DNA of 63,550 bases, the filler included, from Guillardia theta CCMP2712 (lineage: Eukaryota; Protista; Cryptophyta), in NCBI RefSeq assembly GCF_000315625.1. It is 8 parts of 8 records of this genome, joined end to end, with 100 filler letters (N's around TTAATTAATTAA, not from the genome) between each part and the next. Parts side by side here need not be neighbours in the genome. Positions count along the whole stretch, not along the records: positions 8,457 to 29,559 come from NW_005434602.1; positions 29,660 to 48,892 come from NW_005434345.1; 6 more parts are not named here. The stretch is one strand, 5' to 3'. A program made the position numbers and the translations under genes. The notes under the pieces were generated by a model. The model was not told where the DNA came from, made no database searches, and saw only the letters and a program-made list of their open reading frames with translations. Below, piece after piece: positions 24,507 to 37,108 of this stretch (its first letter is position 1; each line of letters starts with the position of its first letter).

Positions 24507-26548
24507 ATGGTGGAGGAGGCGCTACAGTAAGAGGAGGAGCGGGAAGGAGAGACGCGGACAGAGAGGAGAGAAAGAGCAGGGGATAAAACACAGAGAAAAT
24601 CATAAGGAGACAACATACACCACTCAAGTGACGTTAAGACAAGTGCAGACGACATAAACGGCGTTGGGGGCAGGAGGCAGGAGGGGGGAAGTAACAAAGC
24701 GGACAGAGTGGTTGGGGGGAGGAAGGCTTAGGGAGAAGAGGGCCAGGAGCGACTAGAGGCATCAAAGTCTTTTCTGGTTGAACCCCTGCAGAGGGCACAA
24801 GCTTAATGGAGTACGGGATCGACTTCAGCGGGTTAGAAGAAGATGATACCGACGATGCGCAAGCTGCTGGGAAGCTGCTCGGTGAGTCACCAGCTGATGA
24901 GGAGGAGGAGGATGATGAGGATGATGACTGACGAGGCTTAAAGACCCCAGGACATTCCAAGAGTTCGTCTCTAAGGCATCAAGCAACCTCTACAACGTCG
25001 GGTAGGATCTCGCCTGTCTGGTTGCCCCTCCTACTCCCTCTCTTGATCCTTCGTCCTCTGATGGTGACTTGGGAGCAGAGCTGCATCCTCGCAAGACAAG
25101 CTACCGGCCGCCAGGCTCAACTACAACAAGTTCATAGGGCAAGGCGTGTGGGTGGACGTGGAGCTGGAGCCCCCTTTCAAGATTCTCGACGCGTGCCCGA
25201 CAGTCATCGAGATGTTCGGCTTCAACGAGCAGGAGATCGTCGGCAGAAACTTGAGGATGTTTCAAGGCCCCATGACCAACACGGTCGAGCTCGCGAAAGC
25301 TATCCAAGGAAGCAGCAGTGACAGCAGGCATATAGCACTTGTCCTCTACAACAAGGAAGGGGAGGAAAGGATTGTTTCTGTCGGGTTCCGGCAAGAGGAC
25401 GTTCCGAACTCAGACAAGAAGAAGTGCATCGCTCTCATCGAGCATGGAGACTGGGTGCCCAAGAAGATCGCCGATGCCGAGGATGGCCGGTGCCTCCTCC
25501 TCGCACTTTCTGTTCCATCCTCCTCGTGTGACTTCTCACGGCAGATCCAAGATTGTTGTGTCGTCAGAGAAGCCCTACAGCATCGCATCGGTCAACTTCC
25601 TCCCTCTACTTCCATGTCCTCCTTCTTCTTTCTACTCTCTTTCGTCTCCTCCTGCTGCTCTGCTCCTCCTTCTCCCACCAGCTTCTCCCTTCTCCAGTCC
25701 TCTCGCTCACCTATTCCGTAGTTCCTCTACTCTACTCTACTCCCTTGAACTTGCTGAGCGTATGGTAGATGAGTTTAAAGTTCAGCGCGCTGTTTGGAGG
25801 TCTCGAAGAGGGGAGGGTTGTCGGCAGGAGGTGACGACAGCTCGAGTTGAAGTTGAAATGACATGCCGGCAGCTTGAGTGTTCTCTTCGGTCCTCGCACA
25901 GACATGCTCAAGCTGGATAGATGCATGCAGGCGGCGAAGGCGGCAAGGTGAGGAGGAGCACAGGGGGTTGAGCGAGGAGGAGGAGGGGGGGGGGGGGGGG
26001 GGCTGGGGAAGGGCAACTGGAGAGAGGAAGAGGAAGAAAAGACTTGAAGTGCCAACAGGATGACTTTGCCTGTAGGACGCAGAACTTGACGCTGTGGGCC
26101 TGCACACGGGATGCCCAAGAGCTCATGGTGGATATTATCATATACCCTGTGCTGGTAAACGGGGTGAGAAGAGGAGGAGGAGGTGAAGGAAGCGGCGGGA
26201 GTCTTGACGTGCTTCAGGTCATCTCGCATTTCATGTTGGTGATGAAGAAGGCTGCAGGAGTGAGTGGATGAAGTCTGTGTTCCAATTGATAAGTCTGACA
26301 TTGTAATCTCAATCAATAAATCTCCCTATGATCCTAGCAGCACGGAATCTCCCGTCTCCTTCTCCTCGTTTAGCTTTTGCACAACTCCTCCTGCATCTAC
26401 AACCATCGGCATCGCCTCCTTCACAGCTGCCAGCGCCTGCCGCTGCTCCTGCCCCAGACATTACACGCCAAAACACAAGAACTACAACAGGGGAACCATG
26501 CGGAGCTGTTGCGAGCGGGAGAGCACAGGAGGAGCCTCCTTCCACTGA
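24507..26548 (+). CDS. Protein with two PAS (LOV-like, Cys-less) domains, multi-exon
   Basis: PPFKILDAC...MFGFNEQEIVGRNLRMFQGPMTN...LYNKEG; second unit SSEKPYSIASV...SLSVLFGPRTD...TRDAQEL. Confidence 0.8.
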
Positions 26549-26698
26549 GCGAGCGTCAGGCACATGACAAGTAGAGGCAGCGGCGACCTGTAGCTTGGGT
26601 AGAACAAAAGGAGGGCGTGTCTGCTTCCGCCTCTCCTCCTGCGCATGTCGTGAGCACAGTCTGCGAGCATGGGAGAACGTGAAACCATGGCCTTGAAG

Positions 26699-28089
26699 TC
26701 AGGGATGTGATAGTGATAGTATGTCTAGACAGCCGTCAGAATGCGCCCCCTTGCTCTCAACTACTCTCACCCTCCCCGTCTCTTTCTGCTCCGGGTGAAA
26801 GAATTTGACGAACGAGTCTCCTCCCAACTGCGCGAGCTGCTGGCGAGTCGCAGCAGCTTCGCTGCCTCCTTGTGGAGTGGAGGAGACGAGATGCTGCAGC
26901 TGCCGCCTGTAGGCGTCGCGAGGGGAGGAGTCTGACAGCAAGTGGTGAGCAGCGAGAGGAGGAGGAGGAGCATCACCGGTGTAAAAGTGACTCGCGAGGC
27001 CATCGCCCGTCTCAGGAAAGGTCCGATCAGACGAGGACGGGAGAATCGCCCACCTGCCCCTCAGCCATCAACTAACAACCCACACGAGGGAACAGACGCT
27101 CAAGCTGACCTCGGAGGGGCAGCAGCGGCTGGCGATGCGAAAGCTGAAGCATCTGGTTGAGCAGAGGAAGACATCTCGAGTTGCCTCTTGCTGCTGCTGC
27201 TGCTGCTGCTGCTGCTTAACTGCTCTACTTGCTTCTGAAGAACGTCGATGACAGACTTGATCTTGTTAATATTGTTCATCTTGTCGTTTTCTCCGTTCCT
27301 GTCCTCCTCAACCATTGGCTTTTCCTTCACCGAATCGATTTTTTTCGCACGCGGCGAGTCAAGAGCTATCAAACTTTTCACCTGTCTCACCGTCACCTCA
27401 CCTGGCGACTCGTTTCATCTCACCTCTGCTTCGACGTTTCTCAGCTCATCCTTTATGCCCTGCACAGAGTTTCTGATTCTTCCAAGATCTGAACCCTCTC
27501 CCATTGTTTCTGTTGAACCATCTAACCCTCCGTGCTCTGCCAACCGCATATGCTGCTGTGACTGCTGTGCCTGCTGTGCCTGCTGTGCCTGCTGTGCCTG
27601 CTGTGCCTGCTGTGCCTGCTGACTGGATAGGTTATCCTCGGCGTATGCTGAGTTCATATCCTCATTCCGTTGGAAATGTTGCGATGGCCTGTCACGTCTC
27701 CCCCAGGCTCTCTGCTTTGAAATCTCCTCAAGCCTGCGGATGCCATGCTCTGCTGCCTGCCACAGGTCCTTCCCCTCCATGGCCACGGGCCTCAAGGGCT
27801 CGCCCCTGCTTCTCCCCAGGAATCCCCTCGCTGGTGTCACCTGCCATGAGCCGTCCATGCGCGCGGGCATTGTCGGATCTCCTCTGAAGTCTCGACGAGT
27901 CAGGAGGACCGAGTCTGTTGAGTCACGTCCAGCCACGAGGAGCATGCAAACGATAACACCAGGCATTATCCATGCGAGACCACGACCACACCCTCCTCCC
28001 TGCTCTGGCCTTCCTGTTTGTTGCTCTGGCCTTCCTGTGGGTAGCCCGGTGCCGTCTTTCGGCGTATTCATCGTTCCCGAGCACAACAA
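26699..28089 (-). CDS. Hypothetical membrane-anchored protein with (QQA)n repeat and coiled coils
   Basis: N-proximal hydrophobic segment LAWIMPGVIVCMLLVAG; spliced downstream exons. Confidence 0.5.
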
Positions 28090-28469
28090 CCTCTCCCTCG
28101 GTCCCTCCCTCTCTACCTACCAGTCGCTCTCCTTCCCTTCCTATCCCTCTATATCTATACCCTTCCTGCCATTCTCCGGAAATAGTGCTCTAGGTTTTTA
28201 GTCAAATTGGTGGGCTGTATGAGCAACGGACTGCCGGTGTCCGGGGCCGACGGTCACGCGATCGGAGGGTCACCGGTGCGGCCCGGAACCGTGACAGCCC
28301 CGGGCCTCAGTGATGCCCTGCCGGGCCCGGACAGCAGTGGGCAGGATGAGGGTTAGAGTGAATAGGAATACTTAGGGAGGTATCAGTTAAGTCTTGACTT
28401 ACATGGGAGTGAGAAGAGAGAAAAACAATCTAAATCACGGAGAAGCCTCTTGCCTCTCTCACTCGGTAA

Positions 28470-29290
28470 GAAACTCCTTGAGATCCTGCAGACTCGAATG
28501 AGAAAAGAAGCGGACCTGAGAAGTAGAGGAAGAGGAAGAGGCAGAGGAAGAGGAAGAGGAAGAGGCAGAGGCAGAGGCAGAGGCAGAGGAAGAGGCAGAG
28601 GAAGAGGAAGAGGCAGAGGAAGAGGAAGAGGAAGATGCAGAGGAAGAGGAAGAGGCAGAGGCAGAGGAAGAGGCAGAGGAAGAGGCAGAGGAAGAGGAAG
28701 AGGCAGAGGAAGAAAATGGGAGCAGGTGGTTGAGAGGAAGCGAGTGGAGTAGAGAAGGACTGACCTCCTCATCTGAGTTGCGCTCCTCCTTGATGTCTTT
28801 CTCTCGCTTCCTCGTTACTGGCGGAGGTGCGCTATGGCACAATGAGACGAGAGGAGGGAGAAAAAGAAACAAGAAGAGGGCAGGGTACCGGAACATCACA
28901 GGTTTGCCTGTCTTCTTCTGCACGGGAGCTTTCGATCGCTCAATCGACTTGTTGATACGATCCTGCGGAGATTCGTAACTCTCCCGCTCCCCCTCATCCC
29001 CCTCCCGCCCCATCACTTCCTCCATCCCTCCCTCCCTCCCTCCCCTTGACTCCCATCCTTTCCCTTCCTCGCTTCTTCTCCCCGTTACCTCCTGCTGCTT
29101 CTTCTGCGCCGCCATCTTCTCAGTTCGCACGCGAGCTCGTCGCTCCTTCTCTCGTTCCTTCTCTGCCTTCTCCACCTGTGCTGGGGCTTAGCTGGAGAAA
29201 GCCTGAGGCAGGCTCACCTCCTCCTGGGGCATCCGCTCGATGGCTGAGAGGTGCTCCTCAAGTCGCGCCTCGATGTTTGCCAGCATCCTG
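28470..29290 (-). CDS. CFAP100: 3' part of a CFAP100/CCDC37-like flagellar coiled-coil protein
   Basis: Spliced exons EKAEKEREKERRARVRTEKMAAQKKQQE / DRINKSIERSKAPVQKKTGKPVMFR / SAPP resemble the conserved CFAP100 C-terminus (from recall). Confidence 0.65.
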
Positions 29291-29299
29291 AAATGCATA

Positions 29300-29386
<87 letters not shown>

Positions 29387-29659
29387 CACTCACCATCACC
29401 ATCATCATCATCATCATCATCATCTCCATCATCATCATCATCATCATCGGGCGGCATCACCATCACCATCATCATCATCGCCATCATCACCACCACCACC
29501 ATCATCACCACCACGACCATGACCAGCACCATTATCATCATCTTTATCTTCACTACCACNNNNNNNNNNNNNNNNNNNNNNNNNNNNNNNNNNNNNNNNN
29601 NNNTTAATTAATTAANNNNNNNNNNNNNNNNNNNNNNNNNNNNNNNNNNNNNNNNNNNN

Positions 29660-32600
29660 CTCCCCTTCCCTCTCTCCTCCTCCCTCGCCTCCTCACCTGC
29701 AGCTTCTGTGACTTCATCATCGAGCTTCTAAGCAGATGAAGCTTCCTCGCCACAAGGTCTCGCGATTGCGGGTCCCTCGTCACGCGGTCCTCGCACACCC
29801 AGCCCCTCCACGCACCCCGCTCTCCCTCTCCTTCCCTTTCTCCCATCCCTCCTCACCCCCCTCCCCCTCCCCTTCGTCCTCCTCCCTTTTTCCCTCTCCC
29901 TCCCCTTCTTCCTCCTCCCCCTCTACCTGCAGCTTCTTGATCGTCGTGCTCAGCTTCGCCACGTTCTTCCCCTGTCAAGCTCACTTCAGTCCTCGTCCCT
30001 CTTGACGCCTTCGCCTCACCTGCTTCTGGTTGGCCAGCAGCAGGTCCTGCAGGTAGCTGTTGATCCCTCCCGCTGTCGCATCAATCTCAAGCGTACTTTG
30101 TTCAGCCTTTCCTCGCAGCATCTGACCGTCTCTTGTCAATAGGGGAAGGGGGCAGCTTCAGTCACCTGGTTCTTGGACTTGTACGAGATGATTCCGTCCC
30201 ACGTGCTGTGCTCGGTGGGTTCGGGGGGATGAGCCCATTCGAGGTTGGGCATCCGCTGAGACTCTTCGGCTCCCCACGAGGTGATTTCATTGTAGGAGAA
30301 GGTCTCGTTCACTGGGTGAAAGACTGGATCTCCGATACAAGAGCAGCGAGGACCCTGCAGCCATCACTCACTCCCTCAGGCACGAGCCCGTCGCCTCTCC
30401 TCCCTCCTCACCTTGTCCTCGTCGGTGAAGCCAGAGCATGTGCAACCGTCGATACTGTCAAGCTTCTGCACCTTCACTCCCTGCATCACTATCACTCCCC
30501 CTTCTCGCTCTCTAGTCCTCCACATTCTTTTCCCTCCTCCCTCTCCTTTTGTTCATTTTTCAGACTCCTCCTGCCCACTTTATCCTTGAAAGATAGTTCC
30601 AAACTCCCAACGCAACTCAGCTCCATCCCATTAGCCTTCCCTATTTTCCCTCCAGCAACGCTTTCCCCACCTCAAGAATGGATGGCCGAGCTTTGGTCTG
30701 ATCAACGAAAGGTAAGTAGATGACATTTAACTTCCATGTGAATACATCATCCACCCAGCACAAGGCCATCCCCTTCCCCCCCCCCTCCCCAACGATCTTA
30801 TCCTCCCCTTACCTCCTCCTCGTCCAGCTCCGGGATCTCCACACGATCAACCTCCGTCAGCACTCCCTGCTCGCACCCCGTGTCAAGTCCCTCCGCCCCT
30901 CCTCCCCGTCCTCCCCCTTCCTCCCCCTCCTCTCGCGTGCGTCAGTGCAGGGTGTTGGTGTCATCGAGCTCGCGCTCGCGTCCATGCTTCTTAGAGGTTT
31001 GCATACCATCAACCGCGATCATGCCCCCTCCTACCCTCCCGTCTCTCCTCCTCTCCCCTCCTCCCGTTAGGCCCCCCCCCCTCCTNNNNNNNNNNNNNNN
31101 NNNNNNNNNNNNNNNNNNNNNNNNNNNNNNNNNNNNNNNNNNNNNNNNNNNNNNNNNNNNNNNNNNNNNNNNNNNNNNNNNNNNNTTGTCCAGGTCGTCC
31201 ACCGACGGCGCGATGTACACGCTGTCCACGTCCTGCCACCCTTCCTGTCAGCCTCCCTCCCTGCTTCCCAGCCCCTCCCACTTCTCTCTTCCCCTTCCCT
31301 CTCTCCTCCTCCCTCGCCTCCTCACCTGCAGCTTCTGTGACTTCATCATCGAGCTTCTAAGCAGATGAAGCTTCCTCGCCACAAGGTCTCGCGATTGCGG
31401 GTCCCTCGTCACGCGGTCCTGCACACCCAGCCCCTCAGCCCCCCGCTCTCCCTCTCCCTCCCCTTCTTCCTCCTTCCCTTCCCTCTCCCTCCCCTTCTTC
31501 CTCCTCCCCATCTACCTGCAGCTTCTTGATCGTCGTGCTCAGCTTCGCCACGTTCTTCCCCTGTCAAGCTCACTTCAGTCCTCGTCCCTCTTGACGCCTT
31601 CGCCTCACCTGCTTCTGGTTGGCCAGCAGCAGGTCCTGCAGGTAGCTGTTGATGCTGTCTGCGGTTGCTGCGATGGAAGGTTTGGCTGCAAGGATCTTGG
31701 AAGGCGATCAGTTAAGTTATGGTAGCAAGTTCTCTTACCTGCTTGCTGCTGGAGTAGGAGGAGGAGGAGGAGGAGGACTCATCCCAGTAGGTTCTTTCAG
31801 ATGGTGACATGCTGGGGTCAACTGTGCCGATGGAAGGCTGGCCACTGCAGCTGCATCTCGGGCCCTGAGCGTTGGTCAGTCCACGAGTTGCCTCACGCGC
31901 GTCATCACCGAGTCTTCATCAGTCGAGCCATTGCAGGAGCAGTCATCCAACTGCTGCAGATGTGCTTTGTCCTTGAAATTCGCCGCCTTCATCAATGATA
32001 ATTAGGCCGCGATATCGCAGTAAGCCATGTCATGTCATTGTGCAGTGAAGCAAGCTTACAATCAGCTTGGAGCAAGCAGCATACAAGAAGCAGAAGCAGA
32101 AGCAGCAGTAAGCGTTCATCCTTATCCAAGTGAAGTCGCAGCTAGGGACATACCTTGGGATCAATTCTCAGATAGTAACCATCCTTGGTCCAGACAACCC
32201 CGCGAGCTTGATTTTTCCTTTCCAAGTCTCGGTCCTGGTATGCCCTTGTCAGGTGCGTAAGTAAGAGTAAACCATGAATCCAACCGCCATGGCGGTCTTC
32301 GCTTCCTTTCCGCTCCTCCAGATCTGCTGCATGCCGGACCCTGCATGACCAGGACCAAGCAACCCTTTCTTCTCGTGCGCACTTTGAGCGTTGGCTACTC
32401 GAAGGATCTTGGAAGCAGTAGCAGCTGAGATCTTCTTGCCGTATCTCCCGGTGTTGGCGAGGTACGAGGCGCTTCTCCTGTCGATAGCGTCGGTCACGTC
32501 GCCGACGACGTCGGAGCCTGTCAGATATTTCTGCATCTGCTTGGCATATCCTTGGTTCAGCTTGTCCAGCTGCTTCTGGGCTGCACGGCTGCGGAGCCTC

Positions 32601-33080
32601 CGCTCCTTTTGAAGGTCCTGCCAAGACAAGAGTCACTCGCAAGAGTGTCTAAAGCATGGGAGGGGTCACGTGATCGTAGTCCTCGGGGACTCCGACGTCC
32701 TGGTGGGCAACTTGGACGTAAGCCGGTAGCTTGTTCGACACGGCCGCGCTGATCCTAGGCTTGACCCTTCCCGCTGCTTCCAGGACCGCGATGGTGTCGT
32801 CACTTGCGTCCGACTTGGCATACAACCCGCTGGACTGGATGGCAGCGTCGGTCAGCAGCCTGCCGGTGGTGTCTTCTACACGCAAGTCCTCAGAGCGATG
32901 TTTGGCAGTGTGGTGATCATGGGAGGACAAGCTGTTGAGCATGAAGGAGGTTGGCAGATCAGAATCCATCAGACTCTCCTGCCGCTGCCTCTCAAACGAA
33001 ATCACTCCCAGCACAGCCAGGACTGCACATATCGCCACCACCCCGACGTACACATGGCTCCTGCTGACACGTTCAGACAT
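29660..33080 (-). CDS. Large multi-exon hypothetical membrane-anchored protein with an internally duplicated 3-exon module (3'-partial)
   Basis: Signal anchor VYVGVVAICAVLAVLGVISF; many GT-AG exons; module NSYLQDLLLANQKQ / GKNVAKLSTTIKKLQ / DRVTRDPQSRDLVARK occurs twice. Confidence 0.55.
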
Positions 33081-33266
33081 GGGCGAGTGAGAGAGGTAGA
33101 GAGGAAGGGCTAGGGGTCACTCACCTCCGAACGGGCCCAGTACGCGGAGACATGGATGGAAGCGCTCCGTAAGAACGAGCACCTGCCAGCACATTCAGCG
33201 CCTTCCCAGTCCAACTGCGACAACAATGTTCTCCAAACTCGAGCATCGACATCGCATCGCTTCTTC

Positions 33267-33357
33267 CATCAAGAAATAAAACACCATCAAGAAATAAAAC
33301 ACCATCAAGAAATAAAACACCATCAAGAAATAAAACACCATCAAGAAATAAAACACT
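33267..33357 (+). repeat. 18-bp tandem repeat CATCAAGAAATAAAACAC x5
   Basis: Seen directly. Confidence 0.9.
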
Positions 33358-33829
33358 GTCAACACGGCAAATGTCTCATGTCCTCCACTCCTTGGATTCT
33401 CTTCCGCTCTCTTATCCGCCACTCGGTCCCTCAAACGTCGATTTCAAACCTAAAACCCTCCACCTTTCCTTTCCATCGTCTTATCACTTCGTCCTCATCT
33501 GATTTTCCCCTGTCCTTCCAGTTCTCTCCCATCCTCTTTCTTGTCCTCGACATGTTGTCTAGCATCTTCCCCCTCCCCCTCCCCCTCCTCGCGTCTCTCT
33601 GCCGCCATCTTGCACTTCGCTTACCAGCCATCGCTCCGCGACTCTTCGCTGACTTGGCCACTTGCCCCATATCAACACAGTTTCATCTAAATTACCACTC
33701 TCCTCAAGTTACCAGGTACCAATTTCGTCCAATGGTTTTACTCAATAGTTATCTCCGGTACAAACTCGCCAACCAAGCTTTCAATGCGTTCCTAGTCGAA
33801 AGGTTCTTGCAATGATGGTCAACCCTTCG

Positions 33830-34110
33830 CTCCTCCTCGTCTAGACATAGCCATCTCCTCCTCGTCTAGGCATAGCCATCTCCTCCTCGTCTAGGCATAG
33901 CCATCTCCTCCTCGTCTAGACATAGCCATCTCCTCCTCGTCTAGGCATAGCCATCTCCTCCTCGTCTAGGCATAGCCATCTCCTCCTCCTGTAGGCATAG
34001 CCAACTCCTTCTCGTCTAGGCATAGCCATCTCCTCCTCCTGTAGGCATAGCCAACTCCTTCTCGTCTAGGCATAGCCATCTCCTCCTCCTGTAGACATAG
34101 CCATCTTCTT
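33830..34110 (+). repeat. 25-bp minisatellite, about 11 copies (CTCCTCCTCGTCTAGGCATAGCCAT)
   Basis: Head-to-tail units with minor variants. Confidence 0.95.
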
Positions 34111-35520
34111 CTCTAGCAAAGGATTCTGTGTGTTTCCCCGTAAGCTGTTGTCATAGATGTTACAATGCTTGCTTGTGCAAGCAGAGCAAGATGAGACTTT
34201 GATAAGGTTTGTTGAGAGATTTTCAATGGTCTTGTGCATGTTTGCATCAGAGTTCACTGATAAGAACAGTAATGAGGACAAATAGTCTTTATGGTGAAGT
34301 AAATGCAATAGGAACAACTCGGACTACTGCTGAATGGCTTTCTTTGATTGTTTGCTTTTCTTTCTCTCCTTGTGCTTCACGTCCATGGCTTGGTTGGCTG
34401 CTTTACTTTCTCTCCTTGTTCTTGACGTCCATGGCTTGATTGTTTGCTTTACTTTCTCTCCTTGTTCTTCGCGTCCATGGCTTTTCTGAGCCTATCGACA
34501 CTTTGCTGGCTCTGCTGGCAGTCACTCAAAGGAGGGGAGCAGGAAAGCTCACTTCTTCATAGAGTTTGCGGTAGTGAAGGCTAGTCTTCTGCAGGTCAAG
34601 GATCTGTGATGGCTTCAGATGTACTGATGGAGCACATCAATAGAAGAAGCCTGTTGCTGCAGCTTCATGTAACGCGCATCTTGATTCTCTACATTTGAGC
34701 TGCAAATATCTGCGTCAAGAGGTTGTTTGTATCATGTTAACACCCACGGAGCAAACTTGACTCGTTCCTGTGCATGTTCAGAGATGTGATGATTTGAAGA
34801 GACAAGCTGTACCTTCAGCACTGTGATCTCACTCTCGAGATTTCTCTTCTCCATCTTCACAGTGTGCAGCTGAAACAGGTTCAGAGTTATCTGAAGGGAG
34901 GAGAAGGCGATCAAAGAGACGGCGCCAGCACGATCCTACTTCTTCACTGAGATGATTCTTGGTTCGAGAGAGTGAGAGAGTTTCGATTTCAAGGTCGACG
35001 ATCTGAAGCATCGTTATGCTACACGCCTTGAAAACACGCTTTGCTTGAATTTGAAAGGTTACCTGTCGTTTAAGGTCTGCGATCTTTTGGTTGGCATCAC
35101 GATTGCTTTTGTTTTCCTGGTGCTCAAAGTCAAGATGGCAGACGTTAACGCATTCAGCACCGCGCTTATCATGAGGGTGGCCGATTCCAGCTTCCTTCGA
35201 AGCTCATCGTTCTCAGCTTGAAGCTTGTCCATCTTTCTCATTCTTGTCAGAATTCTTCTTTGAGCGTGCGGTCCTAACAAGTGAACCTGCTGTATGTCGA
35301 GCGTCTTGCTTTCGTGTTCATCTTTCTGCACCTGGTCGTTTCTGTCATCACTCGATCGCTTGCCTCACGTGCTAGGACCAGAAGAGCTGACAGCTGAGCC
35401 TGTAGCCTTTCTGCCTCCTGCCTCCACAAGCGAGCCTGAAAGAAAGCCAGGACCAGTCTCTCAACGCAGACAACCGATAGGTCACTCCAGACATCACCTC
35501 AGACGTTTGCTTTGACAACG
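34016..35520 (-). CDS. Hypothetical coiled-coil protein, multi-exon, ending inside the 25-bp minisatellite
   Basis: Heptad-rich exons (KMDKLQAENDELRRKLESA; VKMEKRNLESEITVLKVQL) with short introns. Confidence 0.45.
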
Positions 35521-37062
35521 CATGCGAGAGGAAATGATTGCTTCCCTGCAAAACAAGTTAGCCCTCTGAGTCTGCTGCACTGCCTGTAAACATCAATGTT
35601 TGCGGCAGAGATGCTTTCATCTTGATGCTGCTCAAAGATTTGCAAGTTTGGAATTGATTCCATCTGATGAAAGTAGCGAGTTCCGATGCCTCGCTGTTTC
35701 TCATCGAGAGATAGCGAAGTTCTTCCCGCTAAGCTGTCTGATCCGAAAGAATCTTAGAACAGAAAGACCGGATGAGAGGAAAGGAGAAGGGTGAGAATGC
35801 GTGCGGTTGGATGAGAAAATAATACTGTGACGTGAGCGCGAAAGAACAGGAGAGAATCTTGCGTACAAATTTCTTGAGCGCCGTCATCAAACCATGTCGT
35901 CATCTAATAGCAAGGTGTCTTGAACCGAGCAAACTGTCAATAAGGATGCGTTAGTGAAAAATGAAAAGGTTCCCTACTTTCCTCTTTCTTTTCCTCTTCA
36001 TCTTCTCCCCCTCAGTCCCTCTCCCTCTCCTTATCCTCCTCCTCCTCCTTCTCACTCCTCCTCCTCCTCTCCCTCCTTCTCGCTCTTCCTCTCCCTCTCC
36101 CTCTCCCTCTCCCTCTCCCTCTCCCTCTCCCTCTCCCTCTTCCTTCTCGCTCTTCCTCTCCCTCTCCCTCTCCCTCTCCCTCTCCCTCTCCCTCGCCCTC
36201 GCCCTCGCCCTCGCCCTTTCCCTCGCCCTCGCCCTCTCCCTCTCCCCCCCTCCCCCTCTCCCTCTCCCTCTCCCACTTCCTCTTCCCCTTCATCTACTGT
36301 AGCTATCCGAACTGAAGCGCAATTTGACATCTGCTGGGGCGCAATTTACAAAATCCGGTAATCTCTAAACCACATTTGGTCGGGCTTCTCTTGCAGCACC
36401 CGGGATGATACAGGCCCACAGGCTTAAAAATGTAATGAACGAAATTTCGTGAACCCTATTGCAAAAATTGCACAAAACGCTCGATAGCTATAACAAGTTT
36501 CAGATCGTCGCCATCTTCGTGAGTGACCTTATTGTCAAGTGACATGCAAGTCTTTTGATCATCAGCGCACAGGCTCGGAGCCTTTCCGAACCGTTACTAT
36601 TAGTTCTTTCAACGGGCTTGAACCGTCGGCGGCCTAAAAACTTGGAAATGATTGAATATTTCCAAGTGGGAATGAGAGTCGGAACAAAACAATCCGACTC
36701 AGGCTCCGATCGAATCGGGCCCAGTCACTGTCACGGTCGGCTGAGGGTGGCCGCTGACTCGTCACACGGTGTCGACTCGGGCCAAGCCTTGAATCGCCGC
36801 ACATTGAAGGCTCAACCGTTCTGGCATGACAAGGGCTTTAGGCCCAAGCACCTATCCGATGATCGCTGACGGTGAATTACATCTACCTCCCCGGAACCGG
36901 GTAATTTGTTGCCCGAGCTTCAAGCCTGTATCCCGGTGGCCCGGCCCGACTCACTGCGATGCGACTTGAAAGCCCTGAATGTCACGGTCACCGGGTGGCA
37001 CAACCGTGACCGTTTAACGTGACGCGTCTTCGCAATGGGCTTGGTACTTTTACTCAGTCACG

Positions 37063-37108
37063 TAGGGTTTAGGGTTTAGGGTTTAGGGTTTAGGGTTTAG
37101 GGTTTAGG
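37063..37108 (+). repeat. Telomeric repeat (TTTAGGG)n, proximal block of about 6.5 units
   Basis: Seen directly. Confidence 0.97.

Noticed and set aside
28470-31653. One continuous gene across 29560-29659
   Set aside because: Separated by a contig linker; the CFAP100-like exons and the duplicated-module gene are on different contigs
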